A stretch of 64,000 nt of DNA from an uncultured Planctomycetaceae bacterium (GCA_963813715.1 CAWFAK010000009.1:288001-352000); one strand, 5' to 3'; positions 43,663-54,377 are shown, counted from the first letter of the stretch. The notes: generated by a model not told the origin, from the letters alone. Numbers and translations are program-made.

Positions 43663-46600
43663 TTACTTCGACTCGGAGATGCCCAGCTTCATCTCGTCCG
43701 AGTTGGCTTTAAGTTCCGGAGCGTACATTCCGGAGCCCGTTGCCGGCAACGCGCTGAACCGGCCGGGGATTTCCGCCCGCATGCGGTAGCGGAGGCTGTG
43801 CCGGCCGCGGGGCAGCTCGCGGAGGAAAAGATTGATCTTTTCATCGCGCAGCTCGACGAAAGCCGGCAGCCCCTGGGCATTGTAGCCGCTTTGCACGTCG
43901 AATGGCTCGACTCCGGCCGCTTTGGGGTCGGCCAGCACGATATGCTCGTAATCGTTCTTGCTGTCGACGATCAGCTCGATCTCGAGCAGGTCGCCGCTTT
44001 TGACCTCGCTGCCGGTGTTCAAAAGCTCGCGGCGATACTTCTCCCGCCGCTCGGAAACGACCTGCCCCCGCGACCCGGCGGCGTTCGCCTCCTCGTCAGC
44101 CCGCGTCAGCTTGTAATATGCCCGGTCGACCTTGATCTCGAGCCCGGCGCGGTTGATGAACTCCTCAAGCGTGAAGGTCGTGAGGTAGGCGTTGAAGTAG
44201 AGCGGGCCCGTGCCGCGCTTCTTCAGCTCGATCTTGTGCGATCCCGTGCCCAGCGCGTCCCCTGCGACGGCCACCCGATCGTCGTAAGTGAAGAGATCGG
44301 CCGCCGTGATCGAAACCTCTTTGACTTTGCGGCCGTCGACCAGCACGTCCACCGTCAGGTCGGGCCGGTCCTCGCCGCTGGCTTTCCAGTAGTCGGCCAG
44401 CGCCTCGATGGCGATGGCCGTGTCGCGGGTGCTGTTCCAGTACGTGGCGTGCTTGCGGTTGTTGAGCAGGTACTTGGCCAACCGCGACGCCTTTTCCCCC
44501 TTGGGGTCGGTCCGGGCGAGCAGCTTGAGGTAATAGGCGTTGGCCTCGGTGTCGCTGTCGTACCAGAACCACCAGAACGAGCCCTCGGGCATCTTGAGAT
44601 ACGCCGTCTGGTTCTCGTCGTCCTGCACGAGATACTGGTCGATGTTGCGAACGATCATCGCCAACCGCTCGTTGGCCTTCACCTTCTCCAGGGCCAATCC
44701 GAAGATTCCCTTTGCGTAGACGCTGAGCTTCGTCCGGTCACGATACAAAAAGTCCTGCATCTCGCTGCTGTTGACGTCGGCATCGACGAGCACCAGGTAC
44801 ACGAGTGCGTCGATGTTGTCCGCGTACTGCTTCGTCCGCTCGAGCGACGGTTTTGACTTGTCATAGCGCTTGAGCCGGACCAGTTGATCCTCCTGGTAGG
44901 CCTTCAACCAGGCGACCCCTTTTGTGAGCATCTCAGGCACGAGGGCCACGCCGTTTTGCTGCGCGAGCTGCAGACCGTGAACGATCAGGGCCGTTTGATG
45001 CGGCTCGGAATGCTCGCCCCAGCCGGAGAACCAGCCCCAGCCGCCGTCGGCAAGCTGCATTTCGGTGAGCGTCTGCACGCCCGCCTTCACCATGCGGGTG
45101 ACCTCGGCATTGTCGAAGACCGGGTTTTCCTCGAACCGCTTCCAACCGGCGGCTCGCACGGCCGCGTCGCCCAGCTCCTGGGCGTTGAGATCGGCCCGTT
45201 TCTTCTTAATCTGCGCCAGGTCAAGGTTCATCCGCTTGAGAATGCCCTGCACGATGACCGTCGGCAGGAAGCGATTGAGCGTGCAATCGGTCGTGTTGTG
45301 CGGATAGCGGACGAGATACGGCAGCGCATCGACGAGCGCAGCCGCCAGGCTGGGCGAATAGCGGATTTCCAGGAGCGTATCGTTCACCCGCCGCCGCTCG
45401 GGGACCACGATCTGGAACGTGGCCGAATTCTTGTCGGGGCGGATCGAGCCGGAATAGGCCTCGGTTTTCAGCATGCCGTGGACGCGGACGGGGAAATGCA
45501 TCTCAACGGCGTCGGACTCTTCGTCGGTGAGCGCCTTCATGCGGACGACGGCCTCGCCCTCGGCAGTCGCCTTCACCCGCCAATCGACCCGCGTTTCGCC
45601 GCCGGCGGCCACTTCAACCGTCTTTTCGCTCGGATCGAGCGGCGTGAGCGACTTGCCGTCGAACTCGATCACCGTCCGCACACTTTTCGACGATTTGAGG
45701 CGGTTATGCACGATGGCCGAGAGGACGACTTCGTCCGTCTCGACAAAGAACCGCGGAGCCTCCATCCGCACGAGCAAGTTCTTGGTCGTGACGATTTCGG
45801 CCGCGCCCTCGCCCACCCGTGTGCCGGGTGCCAACGTCCACGCGCGAATCTTCCACGTCGTCAAATTCTCCGGCAGCGGAAAAGCCACCGTGGCGTAGCC
45901 GTCGGCATCCGCCTCGAGCCGGGCGTTCCAATAGGCTGTGTCCGCAAACTGCGAGCGGACCGTCGGCTGGACTTCTTCGGGAGCCTTTTTTAGTCCTCCC
46001 ATTCCCCCACCACCCATGCCGGCCGCCTCTCTTGCGTTGAAGAGGGGCGCGCCGGCGACGGCGGCCGGCGCAGCGGCCTTTCCGTCGCTGTCGGCCAATC
46101 CAACGTAGTCATAGGAAATCGTCTTCCGGCCCCACCGTCGACCCGACCCCTGTAAAAACGTAGCGTCGCGCTCATCTGCTGGATTGCCTTCGACAGCCTC
46201 GCCGAATACGCCAACGGCGCTCATTGGCGTCTCCCTCGGTTTGACGAGGTCAAAACCAGTTCGGTCCAGGCTCGACTCGGTTATCGGACTATGCGTGCGA
46301 CGAAAATCCCAGAAGAACTTTCGGATGTCCGCCATGTTTGATCCGCCCGAGATGTACTCGACGCTCTTGTCGTAAACCGAAACCACGATCGAGCCGCGGA
46401 CCGGCTTTCCGTCCCGGTCGGTCAGCTTGATTCGCGTCTGGCTTTGGGCGCCCGGCTTGTAGTCGTGAGCGGACGGCTCGACCGACACGTCAACGACGCG
46501 TTTCTCCGGCGGCACGATGATCTCGCGAGATTCGGAATAGAGGCGACCGTCCGAAATCGTGAAAGCCTCGACGAAGAAGTTTGGCATGTCGCCCTGGCGG

Positions 46601-49600
46601 ACGTCGATCTCCGTGACGACGCTCTTCCCGGAAAGGTGCACGATCTGCGGCTTGGAATAGGCTTCATTGGTGGGCCGCACGAAAAGAAAGACCGTGCTGT
46701 CGGGGCGATTCGTGTTGATCAACAGCCGCACGCGTTCGCCCGGCTTGTATTCGCGGCGGTCGGCGATCAGCTCGAGGTCGTTGAAGCGGAACTTCGCGCT
46801 GTCGAACCCTTGGCCCAAAATGGTGAAGACGACGGCCCCTTCAATCGTCCGCTGCTTGGCGTCGGTCACCTTGTAGGCCAGGCGATACTGCCCCGGTTCG
46901 GACGCTTTGATCTGCAAGTGGGCCTGCCCCTGTGCGTCGGGATCGACGTTCCAGGTCTGAGCGGCCGTTTCGACCGGTTTCTTGTCGGCACCGTAAGTCA
47001 CACGGTAGAGGCTGACGACGCCTTTTCCCGCGACCGGCTTGCGATCGAGGGTTTGCGCCGTGAACTGGGCCTCGATGGCGTCGCCGGCGCGGTAATAGCC
47101 GCGATCGGTCCAAGCGAATACGTCGAACGGCTTGCGGGCGACGAGGACTTCCCCGGAGCCGACGATCGTCCGCCGCGATTGGTCCACGACCTCCGCGCGA
47201 ATCTCGTAGCGGTGATTCGTGTCGCCGTGCAGCTCCTTGGCCAGTGCCGTATCGATGGGCACGGTGACGGTGCCGTCCGGGCCGATGGGCACCGTCTGAT
47301 CGGCGACGACTTCCGGCGGGGTGAAACTGAAGCGAGGCCCCCACGAAGTTTGCGGCCGCGGCAGATCCCCAATCCCGCCAACCGGGATACCACGTGTAGT
47401 CGGGCCAGAACCACCAGTAGCCGGGCCCGAAACACCAGTCCCAGAACGCGACGGGGTACCAGCGCTCCGCGTAGCTGGTCCGGGTGATCGTGTAGTGCAC
47501 ATTGGCCTGAGTGACCGGGCCGCCGAAGTAATAAGACGCCTTGATGGTCGCCGTGAATTTGTCGCCCAGCGCCACCGGCTCGGTCGGCGCGGAAACGGTC
47601 ACTTCGAATTCCGGCTTCTTGTACTCCTCGACGCGAAACGAAACGCCGCCGGCAACATCCGGGTGATCTTCGATCGTGAGCGAATAGCCGCCGAGCGCCG
47701 CATCATCGGGGAGACGAAAGTCGCCGTCGAAACCGCCGAAGCTGTCGGCTGTGTATGTTTTCTCAAGAAGCAATTCGCCACGCGAGTTGTTGAGGCGAAT
47801 CTTGAACGTCTGCCCCGCATATTTGGACGCCAGCGGCGCGTCGTACTTCGATTGGGCGACCCAGATCTTCCAGTGCAGTGTCTGCCCCGGACGGTAGACG
47901 GGCCGATCGGTCAGGCCGAAAACCTTTCCCACCTCGGAGACATCGTTTTCCGCATCCGAACCGCTGTACCAGATCCAATCGAAGCCCAGGAACGCCAGCC
48001 GTTGCCCCTGCCGGGCCACCGCGACCCACTGGTACTCCTTGAGCAGTTGTTGGCCGTCGACGGCAGCCTGCCCGTCGGCGCCGGTCGATTCGGCGAAGTT
48101 GGCTGTGAGGATCTCCGGCGGCTGGCGGTCGCGGTTTTGTTGTTTGAAGCCGAAGAATTCGATGTTCGCTCCCCCGATCGGCCGGCCGTCGATCGCATCG
48201 GCCACGACGTAGAGCGCGCCGGAATGCATGGGCTTGCGGACGAGGACCGTGTCGGCAATCCAGACGACAATGCGGCTCACGTTGCCGCCATCAAGCCGGC
48301 CCGTCACCAGATAGGCGCCCGCTCGCTGCAGCGGCAACGCGACTTCGATCTGCCGGTCGAGATGCTCGGGACGCGGATCGAGGCCGAGCGACCATTGGGC
48401 GACGCGTTCGCTGAGATACTGCGTCTGGTTCTCGACAACCAGGCGATAGCCGATCTGCCCCAGGTCGATCTTCGACATATCGAGGGAGCGTGGCCGCGAT
48501 TTGATATAGGCCTTCACGTCGGCAAAGAGCTTTTCGATGTTGATCGCGTGCGCTTCCAGCTCGAGCCGCTTGCCGTTGCGGAAGCGGAACGGCACCGTGC
48601 GCCCGGCGGTGGCGGGCTGCGTCGGCGTCGGCTCGAAGCGGCCCCAATTGCCCACGATCTGATCGAGCCGCTTCTGCCACGAATCCTGCGGCCCGCGACC
48701 GAAGCGACGAATCAGCTCGCTCCAAACGTCGGCCGCCCGCGGATATTGGCGGCGGTTCTCGTAGATCGAAGCCAGCGCCATCAGGGCTCGCGTCGCCTCG
48801 GCCCTCTGACCGTCATGGGCGACTTGTCGATAAATCCGCAGGTAATTGAACTCGTCTGGTAGCTTGAAACGCTTGACGCCCGTCGCCAGGCGGGCGAGCG
48901 TCTCGTCGTCGGTGAGTGTGCGAACCTGCAGCGGCGCTGCCAGACTCTCGTCGCTCCCGAACGCGCGTCCGTACTCCACCAGGGTTTGCACACCGAACTG
49001 CGCGTGCAGAAAGTCGGCCAGTTGCAGCGCGGCCTGGTCTTTCTTCGCCGGCGAGGTGGCGCCCGCTTGCGAGAGAGCCCAACGCCAGCGCTCGCCATCC
49101 GATTTGGCCGCGGCCCAGCTCGCGGGCACGTGATGAAAGACCGGATTGCCGGCGGCATCGACCGGCGCGCCCTGCGATTCTCCGCGGCCGACACGCCAGC
49201 GGAGCGAAACCGCCTTGGCTTCGTAATCCGGCAGCTTCGCGAGATCGGTGAGAGCCTGCAGCTGCCAGGCCGCGAGGCCGTTTTGAATTTCCCGCGCCAG
49301 GTCGAGGTAAAAGCCGGCGACGGCATTGCGATCCGGCTCACTGGCGAGCAGGGGCAGCGCTTGCTGCAAGAGTTGCAGCGTGCGGACACGGTCACGCGCG
49401 ATCGAACCGGCGTAATTGCCGCCGCCACGTTGGAAGCCGCGGTGAAACTCGTTGCCGATCATCTGCCCGAAATGCTGGTCGCGTGCCAGGCTGTCGGCCG
49501 CCGCCTGCAGCAACCGCCAGTTCTGGGCGTGCGCGGCGATCACCGCTTCGCGAAACGCGTCGATTTCGTTTTCACGCGCCAGACGTTGGAGAGTCTGCAC

Positions 49601-49834
49601 GCCGCGTTCGAGGTCGTGGCTGACGAGCCTGGGATCGTCGTCGCGATCGAGGGCTAGCTTGCGATAAAGCTCCCACGCGTCGCGATAGTTGCCGGCTTTG
49701 AAGGCGGCGCCGGCCTGTTTCCGCGCGTCGGCCGGCGACGGATCGGCGGCGAAGAAGCGAGCGACGGCGGCCAGACACAGAACCGCGGCGAAAAGAATCA
49801 CGCCGCCGCGTGACTTGAAAGCGCGCAAAGTCAT
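43663..49834 (-). CDS. Alpha-2-macroglobulin family (MG2) protein, about 2050 aa (frameshift near 47350)
   Basis: TDRPVYRPG, FRVEEYKKPEFEV, TAYWN...LPENLTTW, DGGWGW, WNSTRDTA, MYAPE. Confidence 0.93.
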
Positions 49835-49922
49835 TGGGGGTCTCTCCAGGCCAACCGCCTATCGTTAGACGACCGCGCACCGCTCACAGTTCCCGGTCAT
49901 CGCACGGCGTGGAGAGTATCCT

Positions 49923-50044
49923 GGCGAGCGGCGGGTGTCAGCCCGCCGGTTCTGGTTTCCCTGATCCGCTGTGCTTCCTTTGACTTCAACCTCAAGTTGA
50001 CCATGAAGAAGCAAGAACCGGCGGGCTCACACCCGCCGCTCGCC
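49923..50044. repeat. REP-like inverted doublet
   Basis: GGCGAGCGGCGGGTGTCAGCCCGCCGGTTCT and AGAACCGGCGGGCTCACACCCGCCGCTCGCC. Confidence 0.85.
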
Positions 50045-50060
50045 TGCTTGGCTCGAGCGC

Positions 50061-50103
50061 AAAAAAAACCGAGCGGGGACGCCGTCTTGGTCGTCCCCGC
50101 TCG
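50061..50103 (-). terminator. Rho-independent terminator of the Cys-rich gene
   Basis: CGAGCGGGGACG/CGTCCCCGCTCG stem with A8 on plus strand (U8 on minus). Confidence 0.85.
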
Positions 50104-50160
50104 TAACAGAGAGCGAGCTGGCCCAGGTTGGTTATCCCGACTGGGCCATCGGGGTTGAGC

Positions 50161-51624
50161 TTACATCTTGTTCGAGCAACCCGGGGCCGGAGCCGGTTGG
50201 CACGTCTGGCAGCCCGGTCCGCAGGGAACCTGACGGCAGACGGTCCGGGGGACACAACGAGTCACCGTGTACTGCACTTGCCGCGGCACGCAGCGGCTGC
50301 AGGTCTTGTAGTGCGTCTCACAGACCTGGTGGCAGGTCGTGTAAGGAACCTTCTTCGTGCAGGTCTCCTGCGTGTAGGTGCAGGTGTGGTAGGGGACCAT
50401 CTTCGTGCAGGTCTCCTGGACCATGTGGCACGTCACGTAGGGGATCGTCTTCTGGCAGACTTCCTTGTGCCACGTGCAGCTCACGTAAGGAATCTGCTTC
50501 TGGACCGTGTAGTGCTGCCACGTGCAGCTCGTGTAGGGGACGGTCTTGTGGCAGACTTCCTGCGTGTACGTGCAGGTCGTGTAAGGAACGCGCTTCGTGC
50601 AGGTCTGCTGAGTGTAGGTGCAGACGGTGTAAGGCACCTTCTGGACCGACTGAACCGGAACTTGGCGGCAGACCGTGTACGGGCACTGCGAGTGCTTCAC
50701 TTCCATCTCGTAACGCGTGCAAGTCTGCTCTTGCTTCACGATCTTCGGCACCCAGACGCGGCGGCAGCACTGCGTGCCGGGGCACTGGACCTGGACCATG
50801 TGGCAAGCACCGGGCTGGTAACGGCAGCAGCAAGTGTTCGGATCGTAGCACCACGTGCCCGGATCACACTGGCACTGATTCATCACCGGGCCGGGAATGT
50901 TCTCGACCTGGTTCTGCCATTCGCCACAGTCGACGTCGACCATGTTCTTCTCGACGACCGGCTTGCACTCCGTGTAGGTCACGTCGCGGTAGCAGGTCTG
51001 TTGTTCGGTCTTCCACGTCGTCGTGCAGACGTCTTTGGTGCACGTCTCGTAGTGGGGCGTGCAGACGTTGTAGCAGACGTCGCGGTAGCAGGTCTGGTAG
51101 CAGGGCTTGCAGACCGTGTAGCAGACGTCCTTGTAACAGGTCTGGAAGCACGGCTTGCAGACCGGGACGCAGCACGTCTTGTAGCAGGTCTGGAAGCACG
51201 GCTTGCAGACGGTGAAGCAGCAGGTCTTGTAGCACGTCTGGAAGCAGGGCTTGCAGTACGTGTGGCAGACCGGCTTGTAGCACGTCTGGTGGTGGGGGAC
51301 ACAGACCGTGGAGCAGACGTCCTTCCAGCAGGTCTCCTGAACGTTGCGGGTGCAGGTGTACGGGATCTGCTCGCAAACGCGGTCATAGACCGTCTTGCAG
51401 CAGGTCTCGTTGTGCTGTTCCCAAACCGTCTCCTGCACCGTCTTCATGCAGACAGGGTCTGGGCAGCAGCAGCTCTTGGCGGCAGTGAAGTCGCCGGCCG
51501 GCGCACAACACGTCGGCGGGCAACAGCTATAGCTCTGCGTACCGCAGAGCCCCGCGTCGACGCTGTTGGCAAAGAGCGCTAGCGCCAGCGCGGCAAGCAT
51601 TGTTTCCAGGTGTGCGGTCTTCAT
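50161..51624 (-). CDS. Secreted Cys-rich 16-residue-repeat protein (YTV-like planctomycete envelope protein)
   Basis: Signal peptide ending VDA; about 76 Cys (hand count); repeats CKPCFQTCYKTCCFTV and CTYTQQTCTKRVPYTT; own terminator. Confidence 0.85.
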   Translation of the reverse strand: MKTAHLETMLAALALALFANSVDAGLCGTQSYSCCPPTCCAPAGDFTAAKSCCCPDPVCMKTVQETVWEQHNETCCKTVYDRVCEQIPYTCTRNVQETCWKDVCSTVCVPHHQTCYKPVCHTYCKPCFQTCYKTCCFTVCKPCFQTCYKTCCVPVCKPCFQTCYKDVCYTVCKPCYQTCYRDVCYNVCTPHYETCTKDVCTTTWKTEQQTCYRDVTYTECKPVVEKNMVDVDCGEWQNQVENIPGPVMNQCQCDPGTWCYDPNTCCCRYQPGACHMVQVQCPGTQCCRRVWVPKIVKQEQTCTRYEMEVKHSQCPYTVCRQVPVQSVQKVPYTVCTYTQQTCTKRVPYTTCTYTQEVCHKTVPYTSCTWQHYTVQKQIPYVSCTWHKEVCQKTIPYVTCHMVQETCTKMVPYHTCTYTQETCTKKVPYTTCHQVCETHYKTCSRCVPRQVQYTVTRCVPRTVCRQVPCGPGCQTCQPAPAPGCSNKM

Positions 51625-51973
51625 CGAACTTGCCCTCGTAAAAGCGATCCATGCGAACAGGGTCGGCGGGTTCACATACCGCCCGTCCCTCTTTACGTCG
51701 TCAACGCAGACCGGAGCCTTGAGTCACTCCACGCACTTCGCCGGGTCTGCCTGACCCTGTTCTTTTGTCTGGGGGACATAACCCCCAAGGGCGTTACAAC
51801 CGACATCCTCGACCGCGCGCGAACCACATGCGCCGTGTGCGACGGCCGGCCCTCGCGCCGTTCGACCGCGACCGCCGGGACGCTTACAATCGCCCGAGCG
51901 CCGCCGAACGGGCGCGCCACGCGTGCCGTCCGCACCGATTGCAACGAGCGATTCGCCCCCCGGGAGCCGACCG

Positions 51974-52799
51974 ATGAAGTTCGCCATCTGCCAGGAGTTG
52001 TTCGAGGACTGGGACTGGGATCGCCAGTGCCGCTTCATCGCGGAAGTCGGCTACACGGGGATCGAGGTCGCCCCCTTCACGTTCGCTCGACGGATCGAAG
52101 AGGTGACCCCCCAACGACGGCGCGAGCTGCGGCAACAGGCTGAGGCTCACGGCCTGTCGATCATCGGACTGCACTGGCTCCTCGCCAAAACTGAAGGGCT
52201 GCACCTGACTTCCGCCGACCCCGCGGTGCGGCGGGCGACGGCCGCCTATCTCGTCGAGCTGACGCACGCCTGCGCGGACCTGGGAGGCGAGCTCTTGGTC
52301 TTCGGCTCCCCCAAGCAACGGGACCTGGCTCCCGGGATGACATACGAGGAAGGCCTCGACCATGCCGCGGAGGTCTTCCGCGCCGCCCTTCCCGCACTCG
52401 CCGAACGTCGTGTGCGACTCTGCCTGGAGCCGCTGACCCCGAAGGAAACCAACTTCCTCAACACGTGCGCCCAAGCGCAGGCGCTGATCGACCGCATCGA
52501 CCACCCCAATCTGGTCCTGCACCAGGATGTGAAGGCGATGCGGCTGGCCGAATCGCAGCCGGTGCCCGCGTTGATCGCCGAGTACGCCGGCCGCGTCGGC
52601 CATTTTCACGCGAACGACACGAACCTGTTGGGTCCAGGAATGGGTGAAACGGACTTCGTGCCGATCTTCGCCGCGCTCTTGCGCGGCGTATTCGGGTTGG
52701 GTTTCGGTCGAGGTGTTCGACTACAGTCCGGGGTGCGAACGCATCGCGCGCGAAAGTTTTCGCGCGATGCAGGACGCGCTCACGCGCGCTTCGGCATGA
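51974..52799 (+). CDS. Sugar phosphate isomerase/epimerase (xylose-isomerase-like TIM barrel; frameshift near 52685)
   Basis: GYTGIEVAPF, FGSPKQR, LEPL...ETNF, HFHAND, shifted-frame WVSVEVFDY. Confidence 0.9.
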
Positions 52800-52817
52800 A
52801 GAAACGCCGCGCAGACG

Positions 52818-52861
52818 ATCGCGTCGAAAAAAAATCCGAAAATTTTTTCGATGCGATTTTT
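52818..52861 (+). terminator. Terminator-like hairpin
   Basis: ATCGCGTCGAAAAAA/TTTTTTCGATGCGAT 15-bp stem followed by T-run. Confidence 0.65.
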
Positions 52862-53125
52862 CGTCGCTGAGCGGCGCGATTCGCACATCGCGACGAGTGC
52901 GCAGCGCACGTGTAAAAAGCGCACAATCAACGAGCGCCAGCGACGCGCGCTACAAAAAAGCCTATTTTTCTCGATGAAAATGCGCGCTGCGCAACCTGCG
53001 CGCGCGGCGCAATGCGCTCACGGGCGATGACTTGCGTCGCGCGCGCTGCGCACGGCGCAAGCGGAGACCGCGCCACCGTCGTGACTTGTGACGATTCCTG
53101 CGCGCTCAAAGACGACGTAAATGGC

Positions 53126-53153
53126 TTGCAAGAATTTTTGAAATCCGTAGGAT
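53126..53153 (+). promoter_or_regulatory. Putative sigma70 promoter
   Basis: TTGCAA-N16(AT-rich)-TAGGAT in otherwise GC-rich DNA. Confidence 0.65.
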
Positions 53154-53159
53154 GACCGC

Positions 53160-53380
53160 ATTAGTTGCAGGTCCTAAGTGACCGGCGCGAATCGCGGAGA
53201 AGAAAAGTTGATGCAATCAACCGGACACTCAACGAGACGAGCCTTGGTCAACAGGAGTTGCAAACCGGCTTGTCACGGTTGACACGCCGGTGAGGAGTTC
53301 AGTTTCGTGACCACTTAACGCCGAATACTAGCCCGGTGTGCCAGCGGCGAGATTTGGTCACAGGTTTGGCTCTGTAAGGA
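53160..53380 (+). ncRNA. Candidate structured leader or small RNA
   Basis: Non-coding about 220 nt after promoter; hairpin 53264-53291; alternative GTGACC/GGTCAC and TAAGTG/CACTTA pairings. Confidence 0.35.
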
Positions 53381-53388
53381 GAATTACG

Positions 53389-53460
53389 GTGGCCAAGAAG
53401 AAAGCTGCGAAGAAGGGTGCAAAGAAGGCGAAGAAGGCAAAGAAGAAAGCCAAGAAGTAG
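53389..53460 (+). CDS. 23-aa Lys/Ala-rich microprotein MAKKKAAKKGAKKAKKAKKKAKK (histone H1-tail-like)
   Basis: AAGGAG RBS 7 nt before GTG, TAG stop, upstream promoter, downstream terminator. Confidence 0.8.
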   Translation: MAKKKAAKKGAKKAKKAKKKAKK

Positions 53461-53501
53461 CGCACGCTACTTGCCTGCCTGATTTTGCACGAATCGTGCA
53501 C

Positions 53502-53538
53502 GAAGCGGTCGAGTGAATTTCTCGGCCGCTTCTGCTTT
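53502..53538 (+). terminator. Terminator after microprotein
   Basis: GAAGCGGTCGAG/CTCGGCCGCTTC stem plus TGCTTT. Confidence 0.6.
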
Positions 53539-53648
53539 CGAACGACTCTCGCTTCAAGCGTTCGCGGATTCGTGTGCCGCATTTTCTCGACGGCAGCTCC
53601 CAGCGCAGTGCGCAAACCCACTCCCAAGCCAAACGGGAAGACGAAAGA

Positions 53649-54377
53649 TCAGTCGGCGCGGTGGGGGACTGGCTTGCCTTCGATCTCGCACAGAGCGTTG
53701 AGCGCGGCGCGTTGCTCCGCTTCTTTCTTGCTCGCGCCCCACGCGGCCGGATAGGTCTGAGGGCCGATGGCCGCGGAGATCTTGAAGCACTTGGAGTGGT
53801 CGGGCCCCTTTTCGTCGAGCACTTGATACAGCGGCGTCGCGCCGAATTGCTTCTGCGACATCTGCTGCAGCATGCTCTTATAGTTGCGGCTCAAGCGCGG
53901 CTCGATTTCCAGATCGAGCTCGGGAGCCATCGCCCGCTCGACGAACGCGCGGACCGCTTCGTGTCCGCCATCGAGATAAACGGCCGCCACGATCGACTCG
54001 AACACGCCCGCCAGAATCGACGACGGAATCTGGTGATGCGTGAGCAGCCCCTTGCCCAGGATCAGGTAATCCTGGAGGCCGATCTGCTCGGCGACGCGCG
54101 CGCACGTATTGCGGCTGACCAGCGACGACTTGATCCGCGTCAGCTCTCCCTCGGGATATTCGGGAAAGCGGAGGTAGAGGGCCTCGCAAATGATGCCGCC
54201 CAGAATGGCGTCACCCAAGAACTCGAGCCGTTCGTTCGACTCGATGCGGGTTCGCGCCACGGACGCATGCGTCAGCGCCAGCTCCAACATCGCCCGGTCG
54301 CGAAACTTATACTGAAGAGCCTCTTCGCAGAGTGTGAATTTCGACTCGGCGGTCAGCTCTTCAATCGGTCGCGACAT
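53649..54377 (-). CDS. rnc: Ribonuclease III
   Basis: ALTHAS, NERLEFLGDA signature, C-terminal dsRBD (NYKSMLQ...SKKEAEQRAA). Confidence 0.97.
   Translation of the reverse strand: MSRPIEELTAESKFTLCEEALQYKFRDRAMLELALTHASVARTRIESNERLEFLGDAILGGIICEALYLRFPEYPEGELTRIKSSLVSRNTCARVAEQIGLQDYLILGKGLLTHHQIPSSILAGVFESIVAAVYLDGGHEAVRAFVERAMAPELDLEIEPRLSRNYKSMLQQMSQKQFGATPLYQVLDEKGPDHSKCFKISAAIGPQTYPAAWGASKKEAEQRAALNALCEIEGKPVPHRAD

Noticed and set aside
50128..51582. Long antisense and alternative-frame ORFs over the Cys-rich gene (484 aa and others)
   Set aside because: Expected shadow ORFs of a repetitive high-GC gene; signal peptide and terminator support only the minus-strand Cys-rich frame
53358..53627. 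Minus-strand ORF with FFAFFAFF hydrophobic run
   Set aside because: Reverse complement of the Lys-rich microprotein, which has the RBS, promoter and terminator
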